This document shows positions 1-10,572 of a DNA stretch of 64,000 nucleotides, one piece after another. The DNA is taken from NCBI RefSeq assembly GCF_006345805.1, contig NC_043006.1, forward strand, positions 92,814,001 through 92,878,000. The letters are read 5' to 3'. Source of the DNA: Octopus sinensis. Lineage: Eukaryota. How positions within the stretch are numbered: the stretch's first letter is position 1; each line of letters starts with the position of its first letter. The translations under genes and the position numbers were made by a program. Below the pieces are notes generated by a model. The model saw only the letters and a program-made list of their open reading frames with translations. It searched no databases and was not told the DNA's origin.

Positions 1-1254
1 GATTCAACACTATGATAACAGAGTTACATAAAATTGTTTATTCCTAGGTAATTCAATATTTGGAAGGCTTTTAATAACAGCTTCTCTTTGTAAGTTGATG
101 GCTGAATTCATTTGCTTTACAGGGAAATATGCGAATGAACTTTTGTGACTTATTGAATATATGCAGCAATATTTATATTTAGCAAAAAGTGGTACTTTTA
201 TATGTTTTTCACATTTAATTTGCATTATCAAGCGCAAATATCATTGAGATGATTCACCTTGATGTGGGGTCAATCTGATTTCGGCTCAGATTTATAGTTG
301 AATGATTTCTAATTATCCATTAACGAAAAAAAAAAAAAGGTTCGTAAACAAGTATTTCTCTCTCTGAATCTCTGAAATATCACAATTTTCGTATCAGATT
401 TACTTATCGAACTTATCTACAATAAACTATTTTCCATTGATTTCTGCTTATTTTTTCTTATCATAGATGAAAATTCAATATTCTTCATATCTATTAGATT
501 ATATTAAACGGTTGAGGATTTTTAATCTGGCCATTGCTAAATAGCTGCGACTCTTCTATGTTCTATAACACTGACACAAAAATTAATCATCTGATATATC
601 CTACCATAGACCAACAACTAAGAACTGAAAGAAATTGAGAAACTTAAGCTCTTGTTGTAAAACCTGAGACGAGAAAGAAAAATTTGATGGTTCTGGTGAT
701 AAGTGAGAGTTCCAAATAGTTCTTATCTTAATTTTCTTTCGTGACTTTCATGCGGGTATCTCCAATATTCATCTATTAAAGTGAATTAAAAGTGCAACTT
801 CCAATTCCATTTTAATCAGATGAATTTTCCTCAATTTTTCCATTCATCTGAATACATGTGAGTAAAACGACGTAAACAGCAACATTGTTAATTAGACCGA
901 TCAAAGTCAATTAGCTTCCCTACTGCACACGTACCGGCCATAATCACTAAAAATTTCTGAAGCTTTACTCAATTATCTAGTAAATTCTTGACACGTTTCA
1001 ATGATTATTCTTTTACAGAAATTAGATAAATCAAGAAAAACGAGATTTCTATGCAATTTATATGCCATTACCTTGTCAATGAAATATTTCAGTCTTGTAA
1101 TTTATTATTTTTCCTCGTTGTATATTAGTTCGTAAACCTATGTGACACGAATAAAACGTAAGTATATATCAATGATGAACGCTTTTAACAAGCTTAATGG
1201 CTAATCATGACAGCGCCTGTTCTAGCACTGTTTTTCTATATATTTCTGGGAGGG

Positions 1255-1395
1255 AGGAGATGATTGGCAGCTGTCTCAAGGGGGTAAGTGTCCATCATTG
1301 ACAAGACTAAGGAAGGTCACAATCACGTGATCTGGTGGTTTTGGCGCTGGAAATGGGGGAGATTTATCTCCTCGTGACCGATATAAAGTGCTTTT
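1255..1395 (+). promoter_or_regulatory. Possible core-promoter-like motif cluster
   Basis: GATTGG (reverse CCAAT) near 1262, palindromic ATCACGTGAT near 1322, TATAAA near 1382, and a GGG|GTAAGT donor-like site near 1285. No downstream coding exon recognised. Confidence 0.2.
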
Positions 1396-2409
1396 TGCAC
1401 CAAAAGCCGATGGATACCACTATACGTAGTTTGTTCTAATAGAATATCCATGATCAAGAAGGTTTAAATATTTGCTCTCGCCTTATGAAATGTTCTGCTT
1501 CTAAGAAATGAATATAAACGAAATGACATAGATTTTAGACAATGAATCACAATTGAGTCACACTTGTGCTAAATAGTATCACCCTATTCTTCATCCGTTA
1601 AGCACTCATGCGTATACACTAAAGTTGGTGCTTATATATGAAATATGATGCATCATTGAAAAGTTAGCCGTCGCAGATGTATAGCGGTGCGAATGGTAAA
1701 GGTGAACGTCAGTGGGACTTTTTACAGGAGCAAGAGGCGTAAACATGTTAACAGAATCATAGCTAGTTAAATAGCAGCCTTTTGTGATAGAATTTCAGAC
1801 GCTCTGTATCATGCTCTTTGGGATAGAATCTAAGGTGTTTATAAGAATTCGTTGAAGATAATGTTCACTACTGACAGGAGCGTAAATCATTTGCATAACC
1901 ACATCTTTTTGCAAAAGTATATTTTGCCGTGTAAGCTATAAATGAACGACAAGTTGCTGCGTGTTAATCTGAGTTTGTATGCGATTGTCACGTGTCGTAG
2001 AAAAGGTTACACTACACTAATCTCTCCAGAGAGACAGAAGTCGAAGAGAAAAACTCCCAAAGACAGCTTCTAAATCCGCATCAACTTCCGAAAGTAAAGA
2101 AAATGGACTGCAGTTACATTGAAGCATTGAGAATGTATCATTGCTTCCAGCCCCAGGTCTAGCTTCAGATCAATGACAACAGCTTCTGAAACAAAAGAAA
2201 ACTGAGTAACCAATGCTGTCCTTCTTCAGTCCTTATAAAATAAGGACCAATAATGCACAGATTTCTATTTCAATCGTTATAGCCTTTCCTGAAACTTCGA
2301 ATGTTTTTCCTATGTTAGAAATATTTTGCCTCTATCTTACAATGTGCAGAGGTAAATGCAATAAGCATCTATTCTTAAGTGAAGGCACTTTATTTCCACC
2401 ATAATATGC

Positions 2410-2413
2410 ATAC

Positions 2414-2505
<92 letters not shown>

Positions 2506-2535
2506 TATGTGTGTGTGTATGTGTGTATGTGAATA
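2410..2535. repeat. Compound (TA)n/(TG)n microsatellite
   Basis: Directly visible dinucleotide runs. Confidence 0.95.
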
Positions 2536-2539
2536 CGCC

Positions 2540-3480
2540 TTACCTTTGATGGCGTTGTAGACTGTTTTGCTTCTTTGCTGAGAGATTCTATAGGCTTCAC
2601 GCCTCTCATCAAACAAGGTGCAGGCTGATCTAAGAGAGATGAAGAGCTCTGGGCCAGCAACAATGCAGGTGAGATACAGAATTATGCTGGCAGCAATACT
2701 TTCGAGCACTTCCACTACACCCTGAAAACGGGTGGCAGTCCTTGGGGCTTACTTTTCGCAGATGAATGCACACTCAACGCCATTAAAGATGCCCAGATGT
2801 AGCAGAGCATGAATGATTCCGCTGCCTGTAGCAATCTCAGCCTCACAAACAGTAGAAAGAGATATTATACGAACTTACCCTGCAGAGGACGCATGCGGAA
2901 CCCAGCTATCACTCTCTAAGGGGAAACCATGAAGTTCTGAAGATAAGTTCTGGCACATTACCAACATATTTTGCAGATCTGCAAACGTTAGCTATGAGGT
3001 CGGCATGCGCATGTTCAAGGGTAGCTCAGAATTTAGACGGCTCCGTGAATCAGAGAGGGAGACACGAGTAATTAGAATGGCCACAATACTGCCGGTTTAG
3101 CAAGCGAATGTATTGCGTACCCGATATGGACGGTTTATGAACTCCACGCCAAAAATGATAAACCGCTTCCACGTGAACAGCTTGAAAAGCTGCTGAAGAT
3201 CACCTGGTACGACAATGTCCCAGAAACGGAGGTCATCACTCGAACTGATCTGCCAAGAATCTGCACACTGATGAGAAGAGCCGAAGTCAGGTGGGTAGGC
3301 CACGTTGTTGGAATACCTGACAAACGCCTCCCTAAGAAATTGTTCTACAGCAAAATATGTGAAAGGTAAGAGCATGCAAGTTGAACAGAAAAAGCGTTCC
3401 AAGGACATTCAAAACATTATTGAAGAGTTTCGAGATCCCTCCTTACACTTTGGAAGCATGATCGCAAGAGTGCTCTACCT
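2540..3480 (+). mobile_element. Degenerate RTE-clade LINE, RT C-terminal half and thumb
   Basis: Broken frames read LLFADECTLNA..QSMN..ACSNLSLT (RT motif C, FADD-like) and LKITWYDNVPETEVITRTDLPRICTLMRRAEVRWVGHVVGIPDKRLPKKLFY, typical of the RTE thumb. Many stops and frameshifts. Confidence 0.8.
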
Positions 3481-3539
3481 GTTTTGTAACCTGATTTCTG
3501 TATATGTCACCTTAGTCTCATGCACTAATAAGTGTGCGA

Positions 3540-3705
3540 TATATGGTATCATATACATGTAGTTATGATGACCGTTGGCTACACATAAGTTCCGCCACCC
3601 TTCAATGGATTATATTTATTTTTGGCCCGGAGCGTGTCAAATAAACACCCTCCTCACCGAGCAAGCTCGGTGGGATTACCAAATTAGTCGCCGTCGATCC
3701 GAAAA
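3540..3705 (-). mobile_element. Inverted LINE 5'UTR-like segment with structured motif
   Basis: Minus strand GGCGACTAATTTGGTAATCCCACCGAGCTTGCTCGGTGAGGAGGGTGT matches the motif at about 9780-9830, which lies upstream of an R4-type ORF. Confidence 0.45.
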
Positions 3706-4330
3706 TGTAATACGTTGTATTGGGTTGCATGTTATGAGTAGCGCTCGAGAGCAACCTGACATATCGGGACGGTTAGCTTCGCTTTCGGTAATCTTTATCA
3801 CAAGCTTTGGAATAACCACGTCGTATCGTTCAAGATCAAAGTCGATGTATATAAGTCGGCAGTCTTGACAACATTGCTTTATGGTGCTGAATCTTGGACT
3901 CTGTTTCAGAAGCACAACAACCAGTTTGGCGTTTTTCATATGCGATACTTGCGTACTATCTCCAACATAAAACCAAGTGACCATATTCGTAAAGGGAGGT
4001 GCCAAGAAAATGCACCATCTCTGGTATTGAAGCCATCGCCATCAACATACAGCTTAGATATCTCTCACGTATGAACGATATTAGAATTCCGAGCCGACTT
4101 CTCTTTGGCCAATCCCCATCATGTAGATACAATTGGAAAGCCACTTTTGTGCTTCAAAGAGAAACTAAAAGACATTCTGAAGCGATGAAAAATACCCTTT
4201 ACTTCCTGAGAAAACAAGGCCTCAGAACGCAGGACATGGCGCCAGCTCTGCCTCTTTTCAGTTCAAAGATTTGAGTAAAGTCAACTGCAACATCAAGACC
4301 AACTTCGGACAAGCATGAAGACTCATCTAT
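3706..4330 (+). mobile_element. Second degenerate RTE-clade LINE 3' fragment
   Basis: AFGNLYHKLWNNHVVSFKIKVDVYKSAVLTTLLYGAESWTL and IEAIAINIQLRYLSRMNDIRIPSRLLFG match the RTE thumb pattern LLYGxExW...QLRWxGHVxRM. Confidence 0.85.
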
Positions 4331-4494
4331 CATTTACGACTCTATAAACTGTTCCACTGAAATTGTTTGTAGACGAAGTCAATTGCAATAGAAATCCTTC
4401 AGAAAAACATTACTGAGTATATAAGCTGTATATTCAATTCAAATTTTGGCACAATGTCAGCAAGAGAAGATGGATGGGGCAAGTCGATCATAAG

Positions 4495-4640
4495 GGCCCC
4501 AGTGCTCAACTGGTACTTAATTTATCGATCCTGAAAGGATGAAATGCAAAATCAACCTTGGTGGAATTTGAGAATAGAGAACTTAAAGACGGATGAAAAG
4601 CCGCCGAACTGTTTGTCCGGTGTGCTAACAATTCTGTTAA
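4495..4640 (-). mobile_element. SINE relic with Meta-like central domain
   Basis: Minus strand TTTCATCCTTTCAGGATCGATAAATTAAGTACCAGTTGAGCACT. Same family as 34425, 46945, 51960 and 55815, and resembles the MetaSINE core as I recall it. Confidence 0.65.
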
Positions 4641-5347
4641 CTTGCAATCTAATATAACGTGTACAATAATAATAACTATTTCTATAACTTGTCAGCCTCC
4701 GAGTATTCTTTTATAGTAGATTTTACACATTTGCATCTGAAACTAAATATCCTCTGTCGCTTTTCATTTCTTTAAATCGACCCAATTCTTCAGATAAAGT
4801 CATCCACCCACCTCAACGTTTTGTTTCACACATTTCTATTCTATTTGCAAGGAGTGTTTGACTATTTACTATACGGTGCTTCTTCAATCAGTTTACCAAA
4901 TACGTGATGCTTTCACTTGCACCATTTTCAAGAACGATATTTATCATAACTTTTGAAGTGAATGATATTTGTAGAGATTCCTCTTCTCGTAGTGATTCTA
5001 TTTTGGGCACTATTCTAACTTAATGGAACTTTGTTTGACAGTTGCAGTAGTAAATTGACACCGTTTCACTCGCGATAATTTGTTCAATTCTGCATTTCAC
5101 AATTTGTTTCTATATTATCTCCTTTCCACATTCCTAGCTTTTGTACTCTCTGCGCATTGTTCTTATAATCTCAATGATTAGAACATATAAATAGAACGTT
5201 CCGTGTGTCATGCCTAATATCACGTTTGACCGTGAGGATTTGCATCATTTTATATTGTTTCCAAGAGCTCGTTTTAAATATGACAGGTGTAAGTATTTTA
5301 TTTACAAATAACATTTCCAACAAGTGATCACAATTTTCTTTTTTTAG

Positions 5348-5348
5348 C

Positions 5349-5429
<81 letters not shown>

Positions 5430-5438
5430 CATTATTAT
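5348..5438. repeat. (TTA)n microsatellite at the 3' end of a Dong-like element
   Basis: Visible trinucleotide run. Confidence 0.95.
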
Positions 5439-5439
5439 T

Positions 5440-7292
5440 TGACATTTGATAGTTTCATGCAAATGTGTACTGCATCTTCCGCTACATCTCTGTATTGCTA
5501 AGGTTTGTGCAACATTCTGTGTTCTTGTTCATATTCGTTCTTGAAGTCTAAAACTTTCCTGGCATTGTATTGCATTCGTTTGTTTTGTCCTGGGGTTTGA
5601 CTGCATCCTGTTGTTTTATTAGTACTAGTCTTGTGTGTCTTTCGACTCTAGTGCAAGTTGTGTTCTGCTGGGTATCCGACCTGTAGAGTACATTTCTCTT
5701 TTACTCTTTTACTATTTTACTTGTCTCAGTCATTTGACTGCGGCCATGCTGGAGCACCGCCTTTAGTCGAGCAACTCGACTCCGGGACTTATTCTTTTTG
5801 TAAGCCCAGTACTTATTCTATCGGTCTCTTTTTGCCGAACCGCTAGCTTACGGGGACGTAAACACACCAGCATTGGTTGTCAAGCAATGCTAGGGGGACA
5901 AACACAGACACACAAACATATACACACACACTTATATATATATACATATATACGACGGGCTTCTTTCAGTTTCCGTCTACCAAATCCAATCACAAGGCAT
6001 TGGTCGGCCCGGGGCTATAGCACAAGACACTTGCCCAAGATGCCACGCAGTGGGACTGAACCCGGAACCATGTTGTTGGTTAGCAAGCTACTTACCACAC
6101 AGCCACTCCTGCGCCCATGTTGTGGGGTTGTTTATTTTATTGAATATTTACTGCATAGCATGTGTCTTGTGTTTGTGGATTGTTTTATTTGAGTCGTACG
6201 ATTCAATTGATAATGCCTTGTGAAGGAGATGAGTTGCTCCAATTAGATCTACGTTTTCGATAATGCGTTGATTTAAGGGTCCAAGTATAGCTTCTAAATA
6301 TTTATCCACACGTTTTTCCTCATACCTAGGGCTCCAGTTATTACTGGTATTTTCTCACATCCATGCCCCACATTTTGAATACTTCACTTTCGAGATCTCT
6401 GTGCTTTTAGAATTGTTTTGATCAGAAGGGACTGCAATGTCTACCAGCAAGCAGGTGTTTCTTACCACTCTTCGTTATTATGCCTTATTGATTAGCTTTG
6501 ATTTCTTTTTGTAAGTTTGAAGGAGCATATCGTGGTTGTTGCCATGTACACTGTTTGGTACATGTTTATACCATTTTTTGTCAGTTTTATGTTGTAGTGT
6601 TTGCATTGTGCCTACTGGATTTAGCTACTTACTCTATCATGTCTGTATATACATTCAGGTTTTGCAAGGACTGGACAGTCAGAGATAATGTGGTCAACTG
6701 TCTCGTTGTGTTGGTTGCACATTCTGCATTTGGTGTTAGGGCCTACTTTCATTATCTAGGTTTTGTAGTTTTTTGTTGTCAGGAACTGCTCTTGTGCTGC
6801 GAGAATCAGTCTTTACTTTTCTGCTTTTATTCAAGAGCTTGTGAGGCATTGTTGGCTTTTATTTAGGCTGATTTCTCTTCTGTCAAGCCTAGCAGGATAT
6901 TGGCCATGAAATGATTTTTCTCTCCATTTCCTTTTTGATGTTTGTAGTTCTGTTTTCATGTGTTCTTTTATTCTCTTTGATTAATTTTTGTCGCTTCCTT
7001 GTGTATAGAGAAAAGTATTTTCTTTTCTTTGTGTCGCTTTATTACATGTATCAATCTTGCACTTTATGTTTCTAAGAATTTGCAAACGCAACTGTTATGT
7101 TAGAATATAGATACCTCTTCCAAGCGGGATAGATATATTTTACTTGTAACTGTGTTGACTGTGGTATGCTGCTAATAGTTTTCTAAATTTTTTATATAAA
7201 TTCCTCAAACCTTCCAGTTTATTATTTTGAAGCTGTAAATTATGCCTGGTATGGCTAACGTGTTTATCCATATTATCTAATTTTTAGCATTC
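5440..7292 (-). mobile_element. Degenerate R4/Dong-type LINE 3' portion, interrupted by a SINE
   Basis: Minus strand reads WINTLAIPGIIYSFKIINW, then LILAAQEQFLTTKNY..KCRMCNQHNETVDHIISDCPVLAKPECIYRHDRV (CCHC knuckle plus RHD), then CLLVDIAVP (RLE). The putative 3'UTR ends at (TAA)n. Confidence 0.8.
5693..6115 (-). mobile_element. Full-length tRNA-derived SINE (main family in window)
   Basis: A/B-box-like head TGGCTGTGTGGT / GGGTTCAGTCCC, internal TA/TG tract, and tail CCAGCATGGCCGCAGTCAAATGACTGAGACAAG. Near-identical copies at 24068, 36686 and 61035. Confidence 0.9.
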
Positions 7293-7294
7293 AT

Positions 7295-7990
7295 TTCACT
7301 GTAGTAAAGATTGCTTGCCAACATAAAATGGCGGTCCTGGTTTAAGTCCAATGTTGCTGTAATTTAAACCCAGGAGACATCGTCTCCAGCTGGCTATACA
7401 ACAGGGTCCATGTCCTAATATTTTTAAACAAGGGAATCTAGCACCCCCACTCAGCTCAAAACAATATCTGTGTATCGCGATTTCCGGGTTATTTCCCTTC
7501 ATCAGCACAGAATAATTGTTCGGGTAGAGGTTAACTCCATTACTGGCACAAGGCCTAAACACAGAAGGGATATACATAGACATGCAAGAACAAAAAACAC
7601 ATGAAAGGATGAATGTGAAATGAATAAAATTACAATGCAAATAAGACGGATTCCTTTTTCCTTTAAACCTTTACATTTTACATAACAATTTCTAGCCCCG
7701 CTCCGAGGCGAAACCGCGACTTCCCTTTTTCCTTTCACCTTCCAATTTTAAAGTGTTAAAACAAATGTTCTCATACAGGATTTACTTATTTTCTTTTTCC
7801 TTTTTTAAAACCAAACAGTTCAACCAAATTTTTTTCACAGTTTCTAATTAAATTCGTCCTCATAATTCACAACCGAGGCGCGAGGTTCAATATCCACATC
7901 CGGCCTCAGTGGATTCAGTCTCTCACAATGTCTTTTAATTTTGCAACATTTTAAGTTTGGGGTGTCCTCTATCTCACTATAATTTTCATT
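7295..7990 (-). mobile_element. Probable Penelope-like pseudo-LTR fragment
   Basis: Non-coding segment abutting the Dong relic and carrying an intact minimal hammerhead, a known hallmark of Penelope pLTRs. Confidence 0.55.
7460..7520 (-). ncRNA. Minimal type-I hammerhead ribozyme, intact core
   Basis: Minus strand: aacaattat-TCTGTG-CTGATGA-a-GGG-aaataa-CCC-g-GAAA-TCGCGA-TA-CACAGA-t-attgtt. Stem I 6 bp plus extension, stem II 3 bp, palindromic stem III AUCGCGAU, AUA cleavage triplet (cut between 7473 and 7472). Confidence 0.75.
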
Positions 7991-8507
7991 TTGCTTGTGT
8001 TTTACAGGTTGTCTCTTTTTTTTCCTATATATTTCTGCAGCTTTGAGATTTCTTGTGATTGCATCTGTGTGTCTGTGTGTTTGTATATTTGTGTGTCTGT
8101 GTGTTCGTTTGACTGTAATTCTACGTGTTTCGCCTGTGTGTCTATGTCTTTAGGTTTCCGTAATTCTGTGTTGTCTTGTTTCTGTTCGTTATTACTTGTG
8201 TGCTTTTGCATGTCTATGTGTTTGAATGTGTGCTGGTCTGAATGACTCTGTACTTGTAAGCCCTTTACTAAGAATTCTATTGGTAAATCTTCTCCGTTGC
8301 TCGTCGTGGGTTGGGTTTCCTCTTCGATTCTTTGCACTTCTTCAGTTCTACTCTCGTCAATGACTTACTTCTCTCTCTTTTTCCGCAAAATTACCGTCAT
8401 GTTCTGTTTTCTGTTACTGCTTTTTTTCTACCATTATATCTTCCTAAACACTCTCCTCTACCATTTCCACTGCTGCTCAAAACCACTAAAAGTGGTCATT
8501 CGCGTCA

Positions 8508-8762
8508 TTAGAAACTGTGTGAAAAGGGAGGCCTATAGAGGCAAGACGTGGTATGAGAAACAACCGCAGAGATTGATGGAGGCTGAGACTAGCAAGATCC
8601 TTTGGGATTTCCCAATCCAAACAGACCAGGTGCTACAGCATAACAGAGTGGACCTAGTGGTGGTGGACAAGGTGCACCACATATGTTATGTTAATTGATG
8701 TTGCATGCTCCATTGGCCACAACTAGTCGAGAAGAGAGGCGAAAAGTAGTTAAATACATCTC
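8508..8762 (+). mobile_element. Restriction-like endonuclease fragment of an R4-type LINE, opposite orientation to its neighbours
   Basis: WYEKQPQRLMEAETSKILWDFPIQTDQVLQHNRVDLVVVDK..DVAC..KVVKY, homologous to IVWDFPVHTDRTINANKPDIVVKD in the 15480 ORF. Confidence 0.75.
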
Positions 8763-9860
8763 TCATACTTGTAGCTTTTATAAGATTATTTGTTTTTGTG
8801 ATATTCTTTGTTTCAATGTGTCTCAATTTATTATCGACTTGATTCGTCTCTTGATTTAGTCTCCATTGGTTAGCCTTCTTAAACTTGCACACAAATTCTG
8901 TCTCTTCTGTATTTAATAGATCAAAAATTATGTCTATTATTAATCTATCTTCATTGTGTGAGTAGTCATTTATCTCAATTCTTTCACAATTCACGGTATT
9001 ATATTCTTGAGAACAATTGTCCATCTCCTCCCCTATATCACTTTCATTTCTCGCATGCCCATCCTCACTCAATATCGCTCTTTTAATAGCTTCTAGCTCC
9101 AGTTCTGTTAACCACCCATTCTTTCGTATTGCTCTAGCTTGGTCACACAATCTCTGTTATGTAATTTCAAACAATTCCATTGCCTTCCATTCATTGTGCA
9201 TTCGTTTTCTGTACCCTCTGACAGGCGTGCCATTCGCGTCCACTGGGGTGCTCCAGTAGTAACATACCAAAACAATCATGTTTACTTGTTTACTCCACCT
9301 GTGTCTTGTAGCATGGCTAGCAGTTGCTGGATTACGACCGGGTCCACCCTGCCGCACAGTGAGGCACTTGCCGGGTGCGGCGCCTTCATCATTAGTTCCA
9401 GTCCCGTTCACACCGTTTTCGCCATTTATTTTGTTTGGCATTTTCACTCACTAATAAGGTGTGTTTTTAGGTTACTACCAACCTGTATTTTTATCGAGAC
9501 ACCATCTCTATTAAGGTAGTCTGCCAATATTGTCCCGGAGTTAAGTCCCGATTCGCAGTTCATTCGCCTTCATCCCAGGCATGGTGTCATTGGACACTGA
9601 CAGTTGTTACCACTGTGACTAAGGAGTCCTACTACTACAGTTTTTAAATCAGTGTTCCTTCTCCTAGACTGCCAACAGGCTCACGAGTTCTGTCTACCGC
9701 TTTTCGGAATGACCATCAACTCTTCGTTCCTCTGCCCTTTACTGAGTTTCGTTTTTAATCGCGCAGGGGGTCGAAAACCGCCCTCCTCACCAAGCAAGCT
9801 TAGTAGTGTTGCCAGTTTAGTCGCCGATGACTCGACGGTTTTACATCTCCAATTGTTAAT
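8763..9860 (-). mobile_element. 5'UTR and N-terminus of an R4/Dong-type LINE
   Basis: RWSKQVNMIVLVCYYWSTP..GYRKRM..W..F..*QRLCDQARAIRKNGWLTELELEAIKR, an N-terminal block shared with the 14.3 kb element. About 400 bp upstream UTR with a structured motif. Confidence 0.8.
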
Positions 9861-10079
9861 CATTCTAGGTAATTCTTGTTCACTATTACCATTCCACTAG
9901 TATTATTATAATCCCTATCTTATTTCCTAGTTCACTACTATAGTTTTGCAATTATTACTATAATTATATTGTTATAAGGCCGATGGTCTTAATATTGTCT
10001 CCCCCTGATTTCTTTAGACAACAAATTACGATCCCGATTGATAGGTTTTTTTCTCACTGTTTACGATCCCTTTTGATCG

Positions 10080-10572
10080 AAAGGACGCCGTGATGGTGTC
10101 AAGCCTATCTGCCGACGTTGATGTTCGCCTGGGGCTAAATGCAACAGTAACACCCCCACCACCCTGCCCTGTCCCTAGCCATATTCAGATGGCTTTAGTC
10201 CCTTATGTTATGGAGCAGTTACTGTCTATATCTCATTTAGAGAATTATTATTGCTGTCGAACAGATTTTCGAAATCAGCAAATGTATTTTGCTTGAAAAT
10301 CTATATATAAATATCCTGCAGAGTGAGATTTCGTCGAGGAAGCGGGGGCCTACCACACGTTGATGATAGGCAATACACCTTGAAACCTAGGTCCGTGTGT
10401 GGTTTCCGCTTCATCGGGGAATTATCTCCCTTTGCAGGATAAAGGACGCCGTGATGGTGTCAAGCCTATCTGGCGACGTTGATGTTCGCCTGGGGCTAAA
10501 TGCAACAGTAACACCCCCACCACCCTGCCCTGTCCCTAGCCATATTCAGATGGCTTTAGTCCCTTATGTTAT
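10080..10572 (+). repeat. 132-bp direct repeat pair (10080-10211 and 10441-10572), period 361 bp, flanking a hammerhead
   Basis: The two copies differ at one position (GCC/GGC) by eye. Confidence 0.9.
10353..10402 (+). ncRNA. Near-intact minimal hammerhead (C3 to U)
   Basis: cCACACG-TTGATGA-t-AGG-caatacac-CTT-GAAA-C-CTAG-G-TC-CGTGTGtgg. Stem I 6 bp, palindromic stem III ACCUAGGU, GUC triplet; the core reads UUGAUGA instead of CUGAUGA. Confidence 0.6.

Noticed and set aside
2020-2135. Acceptor-like CTAATCTCTCCAG followed by RDRSRREKLPKTASKSASTSESK
   Set aside because: Short, no recognisable domain and no partner exon; not supportable without RNA data.
3260-3300. CTGATGA..GAA hammerhead-like word
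   Set aside because: Lies in RTE coding sequence; no GAAA and no stems.
3640-3700. HDV-like ribozyme fit (TCCTCAC resembles the HDV L3 loop)
   Set aside because: P3, P1 and J4/2 could not be placed in the required order on either strand; a twister fold also failed.
4660-5330. Possible ancient transposase or RT relic on the minus strand
   Set aside because: No motif could be read with confidence.
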